Assembly: GCA_035651895.1 (NCBI GenBank) | Contig: DASREW010000032.1 | Coordinates: forward strand, 18,584-82,583 | DNA: 64,000 bases | DNA from: Gaiellaceae bacterium | GTDB lineage: Bacteria > Actinomycetota > Thermoleophilia > Gaiellales > Gaiellaceae | Reading direction: 5' to 3' | Shown: positions 28,997 to 36,406 of the stretch, piece by piece | Layout of the letters: each line of letters begins with the position of its first letter | Position numbering within the stretch: the first letter of the stretch is position 1 | Notes under the pieces: generated by a model | Database searches by the model: none | The model's input: the letters and a program-made list of their open reading frames with translations, nothing else | Told to the model about the DNA's origin: nothing | Translations under genes and position numbers: made by a program

Positions 28997-29407
28997 TCAA
29001 GATCCCCATTTGCCCGACATCGCGAGCATGGCGACCGTGAGCAGCAGGAGGTAAACGCCGGAGAGCCCGGCGACGATACGGCCCGCGAGCGGCTTGCCGC
29101 TCCGTGACCACCACCAGGAGCAGAGCACGGCGGCGAGCAGGACGACGACGCCTGGCTCGAGCACGCCGTGGCCGATGCCGAGCCAGGTCGCCTTCGAGCT
29201 GCCGAGCCCTTCGTCGTGCTCGATCCAGTAGGCGCACCCGAGCGTCCAGGCCCAGGCGGGGAGCGCGACGATCAGGATTCGCACGGTCGCAGCGCGCAGC
29301 CCGGCCAGCGAGGTCACGAGTGCGGTCAGTACCGCGCCGAAGAGCGTCATCGCGCCGAGGACGTGCAGGAAGAGCGGCCAGAACGCGCGGCTGTAGGCGA
29401 GAAGCAT
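28997..29407 (-). CDS. Four-TM integral membrane protein (DUF2269-like), downstream paralog
   Basis: 136 aa from ATG 29407 (MLLAYSRAFWPLFLHVLGAMTLFGAV...). The start overlaps the upstream stop (TGATG). Confidence 0.65.
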   Translation of the reverse strand: MLLAYSRAFWPLFLHVLGAMTLFGAVLTALVTSLAGLRAATVRILIVALPAWAWTLGCAYWIEHDEGLGSSKATWLGIGHGVLEPGVVVLLAAVLCSWWWSRSGKPLAGRIVAGLSGVYLLLLTVAMLAMSGKWGS

Positions 29408-29880
29408 CACGAGCCCGGCCTCCAGATCATCAGGACGAGGATCGCGATCGTCGCGACACCGGCGAGGTAGGAGACGGCGGTGCCTTTCGGGTCGCGAAGG
29501 AGGGCGCGCAGCTCCTCGGTCGAGGCGTCTCCGGCCGCGGCGAGCTGTTCGGCGAGCTTGCGTGCCCGCTCCTGGTGACGGCCGCCGACGCTGCCCAGCC
29601 AGCCGGAGACGGCCCAGAGGGCGAGCGCGATCCAGATCCAGGCGGCGCCGATCGAGAAGTGCAGCTCGTGCCAGAGCCAGATGCCGAACACGAGCGTCCC
29701 GGCGACGCCGACGAAGATCACCGGGAGGACGCGCTGGATCAGGCGGAGCAGGGTCGCCGAGTCGCTCGGCCGCTCCGCGCGGATCGCGAGCACGTTCAGG
29801 ATGCCCGCGGCCACCGACCCGCCCACGAAACAGAACGCCGCGGCGATGTGGAGCATCAGCAGCCACTGCGTCGTGGACAC
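29407..29880 (-). CDS. Four-TM integral membrane protein (DUF2269-like)
   Basis: 157 aa from GTG 29880 (VSTTQWLLMLHIAAAFCFVGGSVAAG...). The upstream part of the 206-aa track ORF looks non-coding. Confidence 0.65.
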   Translation of the reverse strand: MSTTQWLLMLHIAAAFCFVGGSVAAGILNVLAIRAERPSDSATLLRLIQRVLPVIFVGVAGTLVFGIWLWHELHFSIGAAWIWIALALWAVSGWLGSVGGRHQERARKLAEQLAAAGDASTEELRALLRDPKGTAVSYLAGVATIAILVLMIWRPGS

Positions 29881-29905
29881 GGCGCGAGCGTACCCTTGTC
29901 CACGG

Positions 29906-31321
29906 ATGGACACGCGCGAGCGGCACCTGCGCCTGCTGACCGAGACGATCGAAGCGGTCAACTCGACACTGGACCTGCAGGAGGTGCTGTCGCTGGTCGC
30001 AACGAAAGTGCCGGACGCGCTCGGCACCGACGGCTGTTTCGTCTACCTCTACGACGAACGCGCGGACGAGCTGATCCTGCGCGCGACCCACGGGACGCCG
30101 ATCGACGCGATGAGCCGCCGGCCGCGCATGCGTCCCGGCGAGGGGATCACGGGCACCGCCGCGGCTGCGCGGGCCCCGGTGATGCTCGAGTCGCAGGCGC
30201 ACCTCGATCCGCGCTTCAAGCACTTTCCGAACCTGCCGGAGGACGAGTACGAGTCGATTCTCGCGGTGCCGATCCTGACGCGCGACGGGACGCTCGAAGG
30301 AGCGCTCAACGTGCGCACGCGCCTCCCGCGCGCGTTCGGCGAGGACGAGGTCGACCTGCTGCTCGCGATCGCGGCGCAGGTGGCGCAATCGATCGAGCAC
30401 GCGAAGCTCTACGAGGAGGCGCAGCGCCGCGTGACCGAGCTCGAGGCGCTCGCGCGGATCTCGGAGGCGGTCTCGGACTCGCTGTACCTCGAGGAGTCAC
30501 TCGAGGCGATCGTCAAGACCACGATGGACGCGCTCGAGGCGACGGGTGCGGCGCTCGTCCTCGACGACGGCCGCATCGCCTGGCCGGAGGGCGTCGCGTC
30601 GACGCATGCGATCCGGCAGCCGCTGCGGTGGCGCGGCCGCCAGATCGGAGAGCTCGTCGCCGACCGCGAGACGCCGTTCACGGACGTCGAACGCGAGCTG
30701 CTCGCATCGATCGCGACGCACGCCGCCGTTGCGCTCGAGCACGGCCGCGCGGTGATGCGCGGCGTGCTCGCGCAAGAGATCCATCACCGTGTGAAGAACA
30801 ACCTGCAGACGGTGGCGTCGCTGCTGCGTCTGCAGGCGCGGTCCGACGACGCCATCGACCCGCGCGAAGCACTCGAGCATTCGGTCAACCGGATCCTGGC
30901 GATCGCCGCCGTGCACGAGCTGCTCACCGAGCGGCGCGAGGAGGACGTCGAGCTCGCGGATCTGATCGACCGGCTGCGCGCGATGCTCGTGCAGGGCGTC
31001 GGGGGCGGCAAGGACGTCAGCGCCGAGCTCGAGGCGGTGACGCTTTCGGGCGCGCGCGCCACGGCGCTCGCGCTCGTCTTCGCCGAGCTGCTGCAGAACG
31101 CGCTCGAGCACGGCGGTGGCCGCGTACGCGTGGAGCTGCAGCGGCGGAACGGCGACATCGTGCTGGCGATCGCCGACGACGGCGTGGGTGTGCGCGAAGG
31201 CGTCGCGGCCGGTACCGGCCTGTCGATCGTGCGCGCGCTCGTGCGCGACGAGCTTCGCGGCACGCTCGACCTGACCTCAGGGCCGGGAACGCGCGCCGAG
31301 GTCGTCTTCCCGGTGACGTAG
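29906..31321 (+). CDS. pdtaS: GAF/PAS sensor histidine kinase of the PdtaS type (HisKA_2-like H-box)
   Basis: 471 aa from ATG 29906. GAF domain (LILRATHG...GEGITG), H-box AQEIHHRVKNNLQTVASLL, and an ATPase domain with LLQNALEHG, DDGVG and GTGLSIV. Confidence 0.85.
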   Translation: MDTRERHLRLLTETIEAVNSTLDLQEVLSLVATKVPDALGTDGCFVYLYDERADELILRATHGTPIDAMSRRPRMRPGEGITGTAAAARAPVMLESQAHLDPRFKHFPNLPEDEYESILAVPILTRDGTLEGALNVRTRLPRAFGEDEVDLLLAIAAQVAQSIEHAKLYEEAQRRVTELEALARISEAVSDSLYLEESLEAIVKTTMDALEATGAALVLDDGRIAWPEGVASTHAIRQPLRWRGRQIGELVADRETPFTDVERELLASIATHAAVALEHGRAVMRGVLAQEIHHRVKNNLQTVASLLRLQARSDDAIDPREALEHSVNRILAIAAVHELLTERREEDVELADLIDRLRAMLVQGVGGGKDVSAELEAVTLSGARATALALVFAELLQNALEHGGGRVRVELQRRNGDIVLAIADDGVGVREGVAAGTGLSIVRALVRDELRGTLDLTSGPGTRAEVVFPVT

Positions 31322-31816
31322 GACGCGGGCGCCGCGCGCGGTCGTGCGATAGACGGTCGACGGCGGCCGAGTCGGCCGCACCTCGCGCCGGACGAGCCGC
31401 GCGTCTTCGAGGTCGCGGAGCGCAAGCGCGAGCGCGCGCGGTGTCACGCCGGGGAGCGAGGCGCGCAGCTCGGAGAAGCGTCGCTCGTCGCGGAGCTCGG
31501 CGAGCACCGGCACCGACCATTTCCGGAGCAGCGTCTCCGCATTGCCGGCGGCGAGCACGCCGGCCGCCACCGGCGCGGCCCGCCGTCCTCGTGCGGTGAT
31601 CACGTACTCCGGTCGGAGCGGGTGGCCGTAACCGGGGTTCCGCGCAACGAGCTCGAGGTCGAGCAGCGCGTCGAGGGCGCGCCGCAGGGACTCCCGTCCG
31701 ACCCCGAGCGTGCGCTGCAGCTCGACGAAGCGGACACCCTTCCGCTCGGCGACGAGCGCCAGCGCCGGCGGCGCCCAGCGATGGTGAAAGAGGTCGATCA
31801 GCTCGCGGGTTGACAT
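31277..31816 (-). CDS. HxlR-type winged-helix regulator with two tandem HxlR-like halves
   Basis: Half 1 is HHRWAPPALALVAERKGVRFVELQRTLGV...EYVITARG and half 2 is LRKWSVPVLAELRDERRFSELRASLPGVT...VYRTTARG. I chose ATG 31816 because ATG 31846 would interlock with the divergent VOC start. Confidence 0.75.
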   Translation of the reverse strand: MSTRELIDLFHHRWAPPALALVAERKGVRFVELQRTLGVGRESLRRALDALLDLELVARNPGYGHPLRPEYVITARGRRAAPVAAGVLAAGNAETLLRKWSVPVLAELRDERRFSELRASLPGVTPRALALALRDLEDARLVRREVRPTRPPSTVYRTTARGARVLRHREDDLGARSRP

Positions 31817-31844
31817 AGAACACAACGAAGTATAAAAACGGGTC
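31817..31844. promoter_or_regulatory. AT-rich divergent promoter/operator region between the HxlR regulator and the VOC gene
   Basis: AGAACACAACGAAGTATAAAAACGGGTC is one of the very few AT-rich patches in the window. The function is inferred from position only. Confidence 0.3.
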
Positions 31845-32225
31845 ATGACGATCGACTACAACACCTCCAACTGCGTCATCTCGGTCGGCGTCTCCGACTA
31901 CGACCGGGCGCTCGCCTGGTATCGCGATTTGCTCGGCTTCACGCTCGAGTACGAGCTGTCCGAGTACGGCTGGTGCGAGCTGAAGACCCCCTTCGGCTTC
32001 AACATCGGCCTCGGCCAGACCGAGACGGTCACGCCGGGCAACATCACGCCGACGTTCGGAGTGAAGGACATCGACGCCGCCATCGCTTACCTGCGCGAGC
32101 ACGACGTGCAGGTCGAGGACTGGCACCAGGTCGGCGACATGGTGCGGCTCTCGACGTTCTACGACCCCGATGGAACCTCGTGGATGCTCGCCCAGGTGCT
32201 CGATCGGAAGGACGAGCGCGGATAG
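31845..32225 (+). CDS. Glyoxalase/bleomycin resistance/dioxygenase (VOC) family protein
   Basis: 126 aa: SVGVSDYDRALAWYRDLLGF...FYDPDGTSWML. Confidence 0.85.
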   Translation: MTIDYNTSNCVISVGVSDYDRALAWYRDLLGFTLEYELSEYGWCELKTPFGFNIGLGQTETVTPGNITPTFGVKDIDAAIAYLREHDVQVEDWHQVGDMVRLSTFYDPDGTSWMLAQVLDRKDERG

Positions 32226-32557
32226 AGCTCGAGTCGTATTCGCTCGTGCTCCTGCGGGCGGGTGTGGCGGCCGACGGCTTTGCCGACGCCGAGCTCGACC
32301 GGCTGCAGGCGGCGCACCTCGCGCATCTCGACGCCATGGCCGTGGCCGGGAAGCTGGTGGGCGCCGGGCCGTTCCGCGACCAGGCAGACGCGTCGCTGCG
32401 CGGGTTGTGCTTCTACGCGTGCGACCTCGACGAGGCGCGTGAGCTCGCCGAGCAGGATCCGGCGGTGCGCGCGGGCCGGTTGACGGTCGAGGCGATGACG
32501 TGGCTGACGCAGAAGGGCGCGGTGGCGTTCCACCCGGAAGCGCGCCGCGGGCGCTGA
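32222..32557 (+). CDS. YciI family protein (start codon unresolved)
   Basis: YciI-like sequence ELESYSLVLLRAG...AHLAHLDAMAVAGKLVGAGPF. Candidate starts are ATA 32222 (overlaps the VOC stop as ATAG, with GGAAGGA 9 nt upstream), GTG 32180, or GTG 32246. Confidence 0.7.
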   Translation: MELESYSLVLLRAGVAADGFADAELDRLQAAHLAHLDAMAVAGKLVGAGPFRDQADASLRGLCFYACDLDEARELAEQDPAVRAGRLTVEAMTWLTQKGAVAFHPEARRGR

Positions 32558-32561
32558 CGGC

Positions 32562-33116
32562 TTAGCCGGGCAGCCAGCCGTCGCGGTAGGCGACCAGACG
32601 GCTCTTGCCGAAGCGCGCGTACGCCTCCTTCGGCACGGTCGTCTCCGCAGCGACGCCTGCCCCGTGTCGAGTCGCGGCCTCGTCGACGGGGTACGCGCCC
32701 CAGTTCGGGCCGGTCGACGCTCCACGCGCACCGACCGCGAGCACGAGACAGGGCTCCGAGCCCGCCGCCACGATCGTGTGCCTGACGCCGGCGGGGCAGT
32801 GCACGAAGTCCCAGCGGCGCAGCGGCCGCTCCTCGCCCTCGATCACGAGCACGGCCTCACCGGCGAGCACGAGGAAGTCCTCCTGGTCTGCCTCCCAGTG
32901 GTACATCGACATCGGTTGGCCCGGCTCGAGCAGCGTGAGGTTCACCCCGAGCTGCTCGAACCCCGCCGCGCCCTCGATCCCGGCGCCCTCGAACTCGCAC
33001 AGCACGCCGCGTCCGGGACGCTCCCACCACTGCGTCTCGCGCGCGTTCACGACGAACCAGCCCTGCCCTTTCGGAACGAGGCCGTTCTCCGTCGGGACGA
33101 GCTCGGCCTCGGTCAG
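32562..33116 (-). CDS. Cupin domain protein (probable CTG start overlapping the upstream stop)
   Basis: Cupin core GQPMSMYHWEADQEDFLVLAGEA...VHCPAGVRHT. The frame stays open and protein-like (LTEAELVPTENGLVPKGQGWFV) upstream of the first canonical start, GTG 33050. Confidence 0.8.
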   Translation of the reverse strand: MTEAELVPTENGLVPKGQGWFVVNARETQWWERPGRGVLCEFEGAGIEGAAGFEQLGVNLTLLEPGQPMSMYHWEADQEDFLVLAGEAVLVIEGEERPLRRWDFVHCPAGVRHTIVAAGSEPCLVLAVGARGASTGPNWGAYPVDEAATRHGAGVAAETTVPKEAYARFGKSRLVAYRDGWLPG

Positions 33117-33373
33117 GCGCCCTGGTCCTCGAACGTGAAGTGGAAGTGGTCGTCGTGGGCGTGGACGCCCAGGATCTGGTCGGCGAGCACCTCCGCGGCG
33201 GCCGGGGCGAGGAACACCCGCGCGCCGTCCCGTTCGACGACTTCGTCGCCTTCATGCGGCTCGGACGCATCGTCGATCTGGAGCTCGATGCCGTCCTCGA
33301 CCTCTTCGGCCGTGACGCGCAACGGCCCGATCTGGATCAGCGCCTCCACCGCCTCATCCGCGATCTGCAGCAT
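33113..33373 (-). CDS. HesB/IscA-like small protein lacking the conserved cysteines
   Basis: 86 aa: MLQIADEAVEAL...GDEVVERDGARVFLAPAAAEVLADQIL, the family pattern as I recall it from actinobacterial HesB-like proteins. Confidence 0.6.
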   Translation of the reverse strand: MLQIADEAVEALIQIGPLRVTAEEVEDGIELQIDDASEPHEGDEVVERDGARVFLAPAAAEVLADQILGVHAHDDHFHFTFEDQGA

Positions 33374-33384
33374 CGTGCGAGTCT

Positions 33385-33957
33385 ATGTGCATGCGCATCC
33401 TGGTCGCGGAGGACGAGACGATCATCAGGCTCGATCTGCGGGACCTCCTCGAGCGCGCCGGGCACGAAGTCGCCGGTGAGGCGCGCGACGGCGAGGAGGC
33501 GGTCGCTCTCGCCCGCGAGCTCGAGCCGGACCTCGCGATCATGGACGTGAAGATGCCGCGGCTCGACGGGATCGACGCCGCGAAGCGGATCCTCGAAGAG
33601 CGGCCGCTGCCGATCGTGCTGCTCACCGCCTACGGCCAGCAGGAGCTCGTCGCGCGTGCGGTCGAGGCGGGTGTGTTCGGCTACCTCGTCAAGCCGTTTC
33701 GCGAGCAGGACCTCGTGCCGGCGATCGAGACCGCCCGGGCCCGGCACGCCGAGCTGCTCGCCGTGCGCGAGGAGGCCGACTCGCTCGCCGACGCTCTCGC
33801 AGCGCGCAAGGCGATCGAGCGCGCGAAGGGCCTGTTGATGGAGAAGGAGGGCCTGAGCGAGAAGGACGCCTTCGAGCGGCTGCGCAAGGCGAGCCAGGTG
33901 TCCGGGCGGCCGCTGAGGGTGATCGCGGAAGCCGTGATCGCTACGCTCGACCCGTGA
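33385..33957 (+). CDS. pdtaR: Response regulator with an ANTAR RNA-binding output domain (PdtaR)
   Basis: REC domain (ILVAEDE...DLAIMDVKMP...YLVKP) plus ANTAR (AIERAKGLLMEKEGLSEKDAFERLRKASQVSGRPLRVIAE). An alternative ATG lies at 33391. Confidence 0.9.
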   Translation: MCMRILVAEDETIIRLDLRDLLERAGHEVAGEARDGEEAVALARELEPDLAIMDVKMPRLDGIDAAKRILEERPLPIVLLTAYGQQELVARAVEAGVFGYLVKPFREQDLVPAIETARARHAELLAVREEADSLADALAARKAIERAKGLLMEKEGLSEKDAFERLRKASQVSGRPLRVIAEAVIATLDP

Positions 33958-34247
33958 CGCACACGATCACACCTCCGCGCGAGCGCACGCGCCGAAGCAG
34001 CGGCTCCGGCACCGGAGACGCGTGGCGCGTCGTCGTCCTGAACGACAACCACAACACGTTCGAGGGCGTCGCGTTCGCGCTCGCCCAGACCATCCCCGGC
34101 GTCGACTACGACAAGGGCATGGCGCTGGCGAACCGGATCCACACGACCGGGCAGGCGATCGTCTGGTCGGGCCATCGTGAGGCGGCCGAGCTCTACCACT
34201 CCCAGCTCGAGGGCTACGGGCTCACGCTTGCGCCGCTCGAACGCTGA
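33954..34247 (+). CDS. clpS: ATP-dependent Clp protease adaptor ClpS
   Basis: 97 aa: WRVVVLNDNHNTFEGVAFALAQTIPG...AIVWSGHREAAELY. The GTG start overlaps the pdtaR stop (GTGA). Confidence 0.88.
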   Translation: MTHTITPPRERTRRSSGSGTGDAWRVVVLNDNHNTFEGVAFALAQTIPGVDYDKGMALANRIHTTGQAIVWSGHREAAELYHSQLEGYGLTLAPLER

Positions 34248-34620
34248 GGACGGCATCCGCCGCGTCTTCGAAGCGTTCCGCGGCGGCGATCCGCGGGCGC
34301 TCTTCGACGTCATCGCCGAGGACGCGGTGTGGACGGTCAACGGCACGGTGCCGGTCGCCCAGGTGTACGAAGGACGCGCGCGGATCTTCGATCTCTTCCG
34401 CGAGACGCGTCGTCTCACCGGCGGCACCTATCTGTCGACCCTGCGCTGGTTTCTCGCCGACGGCGAGCACGCCGTCGCCGTCTACCGCGCGCAAGGTGCA
34501 CGCGAGGGGCGCGAGCTCGACATCGACCAGGTGCTCCTGATCGACCACGACGACGGCGTCTGGAAGCGCATCGTCGCCATCCCCTCCGACCCGCCGGCGT
34601 TCGAGGCGTTTTGGGCATGA
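34228..34620 (+). CDS. SnoaL-like / NTF2-superfamily protein (start uncertain)
   Basis: IRRVFEAFRGGDPRALFDVIAEDAVWTVNG... is typical SnoaL-like sequence. I chose TTG 34228; the track ATG 34177 would overlap clpS by 71 nt. Confidence 0.7.
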   Translation: MRRSNAEDGIRRVFEAFRGGDPRALFDVIAEDAVWTVNGTVPVAQVYEGRARIFDLFRETRRLTGGTYLSTLRWFLADGEHAVAVYRAQGAREGRELDIDQVLLIDHDDGVWKRIVAIPSDPPAFEAFWA

Positions 34621-34621
34621 G

Positions 34622-34684
34622 GCGTAGGCTTGACGGAGCCTCACAAAGAGCGGAGGTGCCGGCTTTGCCGGTGCCGGAGCGGAG
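34622..34684 (+). repeat. REP-like GTAG-hairpin element, copy D
   Basis: GCGTAGGCTTGACGGAGCC...AGCGGAG-GTGCCGGC-TTT-GCCGGTGCC-GGAGCGGAG. It starts just after the SnoaL-like gene stop (ATGA) and ends 1 nt before TTG 34686. Confidence 0.8.
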
Positions 34685-34685
34685 A

Positions 34686-35537
34686 TTGAAGATCGGGCTG
34701 CAGCTCCCGGAGGTGGAGCGCGACGTGCGGCGGGACGAGCTCGCTGCGATCGCGCGCGCCGGCGAGGAGCAGGGCTTCGACTCGCTCTGGGTCGGCGACC
34801 ACCTGCTCTACCGGGGCGACGGCCGCTCCGAGCGCGGCCCGTGGGACTGCTTCACCACGCTCGCGTGGCTCGCGGGGATCACGCAACGTGTCGAGCTCGG
34901 CCCGCTTGTCGCCTGCACGGCGTTCCACGAGCCGGGGATCATGGCTCGCATGTTCGCGGCGCTCGACGAGCTGTCGGGTGGCCGCGCGGTCGCCGCCGTC
35001 GGCGCCGGCTGGAACGTCACCGAGTTCGAGGCGTTCGGCATCCCCTTCGACCACCACGTGTCGCGGTTCGAGGAGGCGTTCGACATCGTGCGGCGTCTGC
35101 TTGCGGGCGAGCGCGTCACCTTTCACGGCCGCTTCCACCACGTCGAGGACGCGGTGCTGCTGCCGCCGCCTGCGCGCCGGCCGAAGCTGATGATCGGCGC
35201 GAACAACCCGCGGATGCTGTCGATCACGCTGCCGCACGTCGATGCCTGGAACACGTGGTACTCCCGCTACGGGAACACCGTCGAGGGCTTTGCCGCCGAG
35301 AACGCGCGCGTCTCCGAGGCCGCCGAGCGCGCGGGGCGCGACCCGGCCGGCATCGAGCGCAGCGCCTGCGTCTGGGTGCAGGTGAGCGACGCGGGCGAGC
35401 GGCCGCGCGACGTGCCGCCGGTTCCGGCCGACCGTCTCCGCGACCATCTCGACGGCCTCGCCGAGGCCGGGGCGGACGAGACGATCCTCGTGCTCGACCC
35501 GATCACGGAGCACGCAGTGCGTAGTCTTAGCCTGTGA
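34686..35537 (+). CDS. Luciferase-like monooxygenase (LLM class, possibly F420-dependent) oxidoreductase
   Basis: (M)KIGLQLPE...GFDSLWVGDHLLY is a typical LLM N-terminus. TTG 34686 has GGAG 6 nt upstream. In-frame alternatives are GTG 34656 and ATG 34617. Confidence 0.8.
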   Translation: MKIGLQLPEVERDVRRDELAAIARAGEEQGFDSLWVGDHLLYRGDGRSERGPWDCFTTLAWLAGITQRVELGPLVACTAFHEPGIMARMFAALDELSGGRAVAAVGAGWNVTEFEAFGIPFDHHVSRFEEAFDIVRRLLAGERVTFHGRFHHVEDAVLLPPPARRPKLMIGANNPRMLSITLPHVDAWNTWYSRYGNTVEGFAAENARVSEAAERAGRDPAGIERSACVWVQVSDAGERPRDVPPVPADRLRDHLDGLAEAGADETILVLDPITEHAVRSLSL

Positions 35538-36400
35538 TCGAGAAGGCCCCGTTCGGCTCGACCGGCCACGAGAGCACGCGCACGATCTTCGGCGCGGCTG
35601 CGCTCATGCACGACTCGACGACGCGTGCCGATGCCGACGCAGCCCTCGCGCTGCTGCTCGAGCACGGCGTGAACCACATCGACGTCGCAGCGAGCTACGG
35701 CGAAGCAGAGGTATGGATCGCGCCGTGGCTCTCGGAGCACCGCGACCGCTTCTTCCTCGCGACGAAGACCGGCGAGCGCGAGCGCGGACGCGCGCACGAC
35801 GAGATCCGGCGCTCGCTCGAGCGCATGGGCGTCGACCGCATCGACCTGATCCAGCTGCACAACCTCGTCGACCGCGGCGAGTGGGAGACGGCGATGGGTC
35901 CCGGCGGCGCGCTCGAGGCGGCCGTCGAGGCACGCGACGAGGGGCTCGTGCGGTTCATCGGCGTCACGGGCCACGGGCTCGACGTCGCCGTTCGCCACCT
36001 CGAGAGCCTCGCGGAGTTCCCGTTCGACTCGGTGCTCTTCCCCTACAACTACGGCCAGCTCGCGGACGAGCGCTACGGGGCAAGCGTCGAAGAGCTGATC
36101 GCGGCCTGCGAGGAGCGGGGTGTCGCGATCCAGACGATCAAGAGCCTCTCGCGCGGCCGCTGGCTCTCCGAGGAGCACCACGCGGCGCCCTGGTACGAGC
36201 CGCTCACCGACCCGGACGACATCCACGCTGCGGTTGCCTGGACGCTCGCGCGGCCGGGCATCTTCCTGAACACGGTGAGCGACGTCGCGCTGCTCCGGCA
36301 CGTGCTCGCCGCCGCCGAGTCGCCCGGAGCAGCCCCGAGCGACGAGCGGATGGACGAGCTCGCGATGCGGCCGCTCTTCGACGCCGCGTTCCCGGACTAA
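35534..36400 (+). CDS. Aldo/keto reductase
   Basis: 288 aa: HIDVAASYGEAE, DRIDLIQLHN, FIGVTGH. The GTG start overlaps the LLM stop (GTGA). Confidence 0.85.
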   Translation: MIEKAPFGSTGHESTRTIFGAAALMHDSTTRADADAALALLLEHGVNHIDVAASYGEAEVWIAPWLSEHRDRFFLATKTGERERGRAHDEIRRSLERMGVDRIDLIQLHNLVDRGEWETAMGPGGALEAAVEARDEGLVRFIGVTGHGLDVAVRHLESLAEFPFDSVLFPYNYGQLADERYGASVEELIAACEERGVAIQTIKSLSRGRWLSEEHHAAPWYEPLTDPDDIHAAVAWTLARPGIFLNTVSDVALLRHVLAAAESPGAAPSDERMDELAMRPLFDAAFPD

Positions 36401-36406
36401 GAGCCT

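Noticed and set aside
31817-31846. ATG 31846 as the start of the HxlR regulator (track ORF 31277-31846).
   Set aside because: It would interlock with the divergent VOC start codon (ATG 31845) and leave no promoter space. The internal ATG 31816 keeps both wHTH domains intact.
34617-34685. ATG 34617 (overlapping the SnoaL-like stop as ATGA) as the start of the LLM oxidoreductase. This would translate REP-like copy D as MRRRLDGASQRAEVPALPVPERR.
   Set aside because: LLM proteins start at the MKxGxxxP strand. The extension is Arg-rich and corresponds to the repeat element, which is read in a different frame in copies A and B. It remains possible as a coupling ORF but is not the mature N-terminus.
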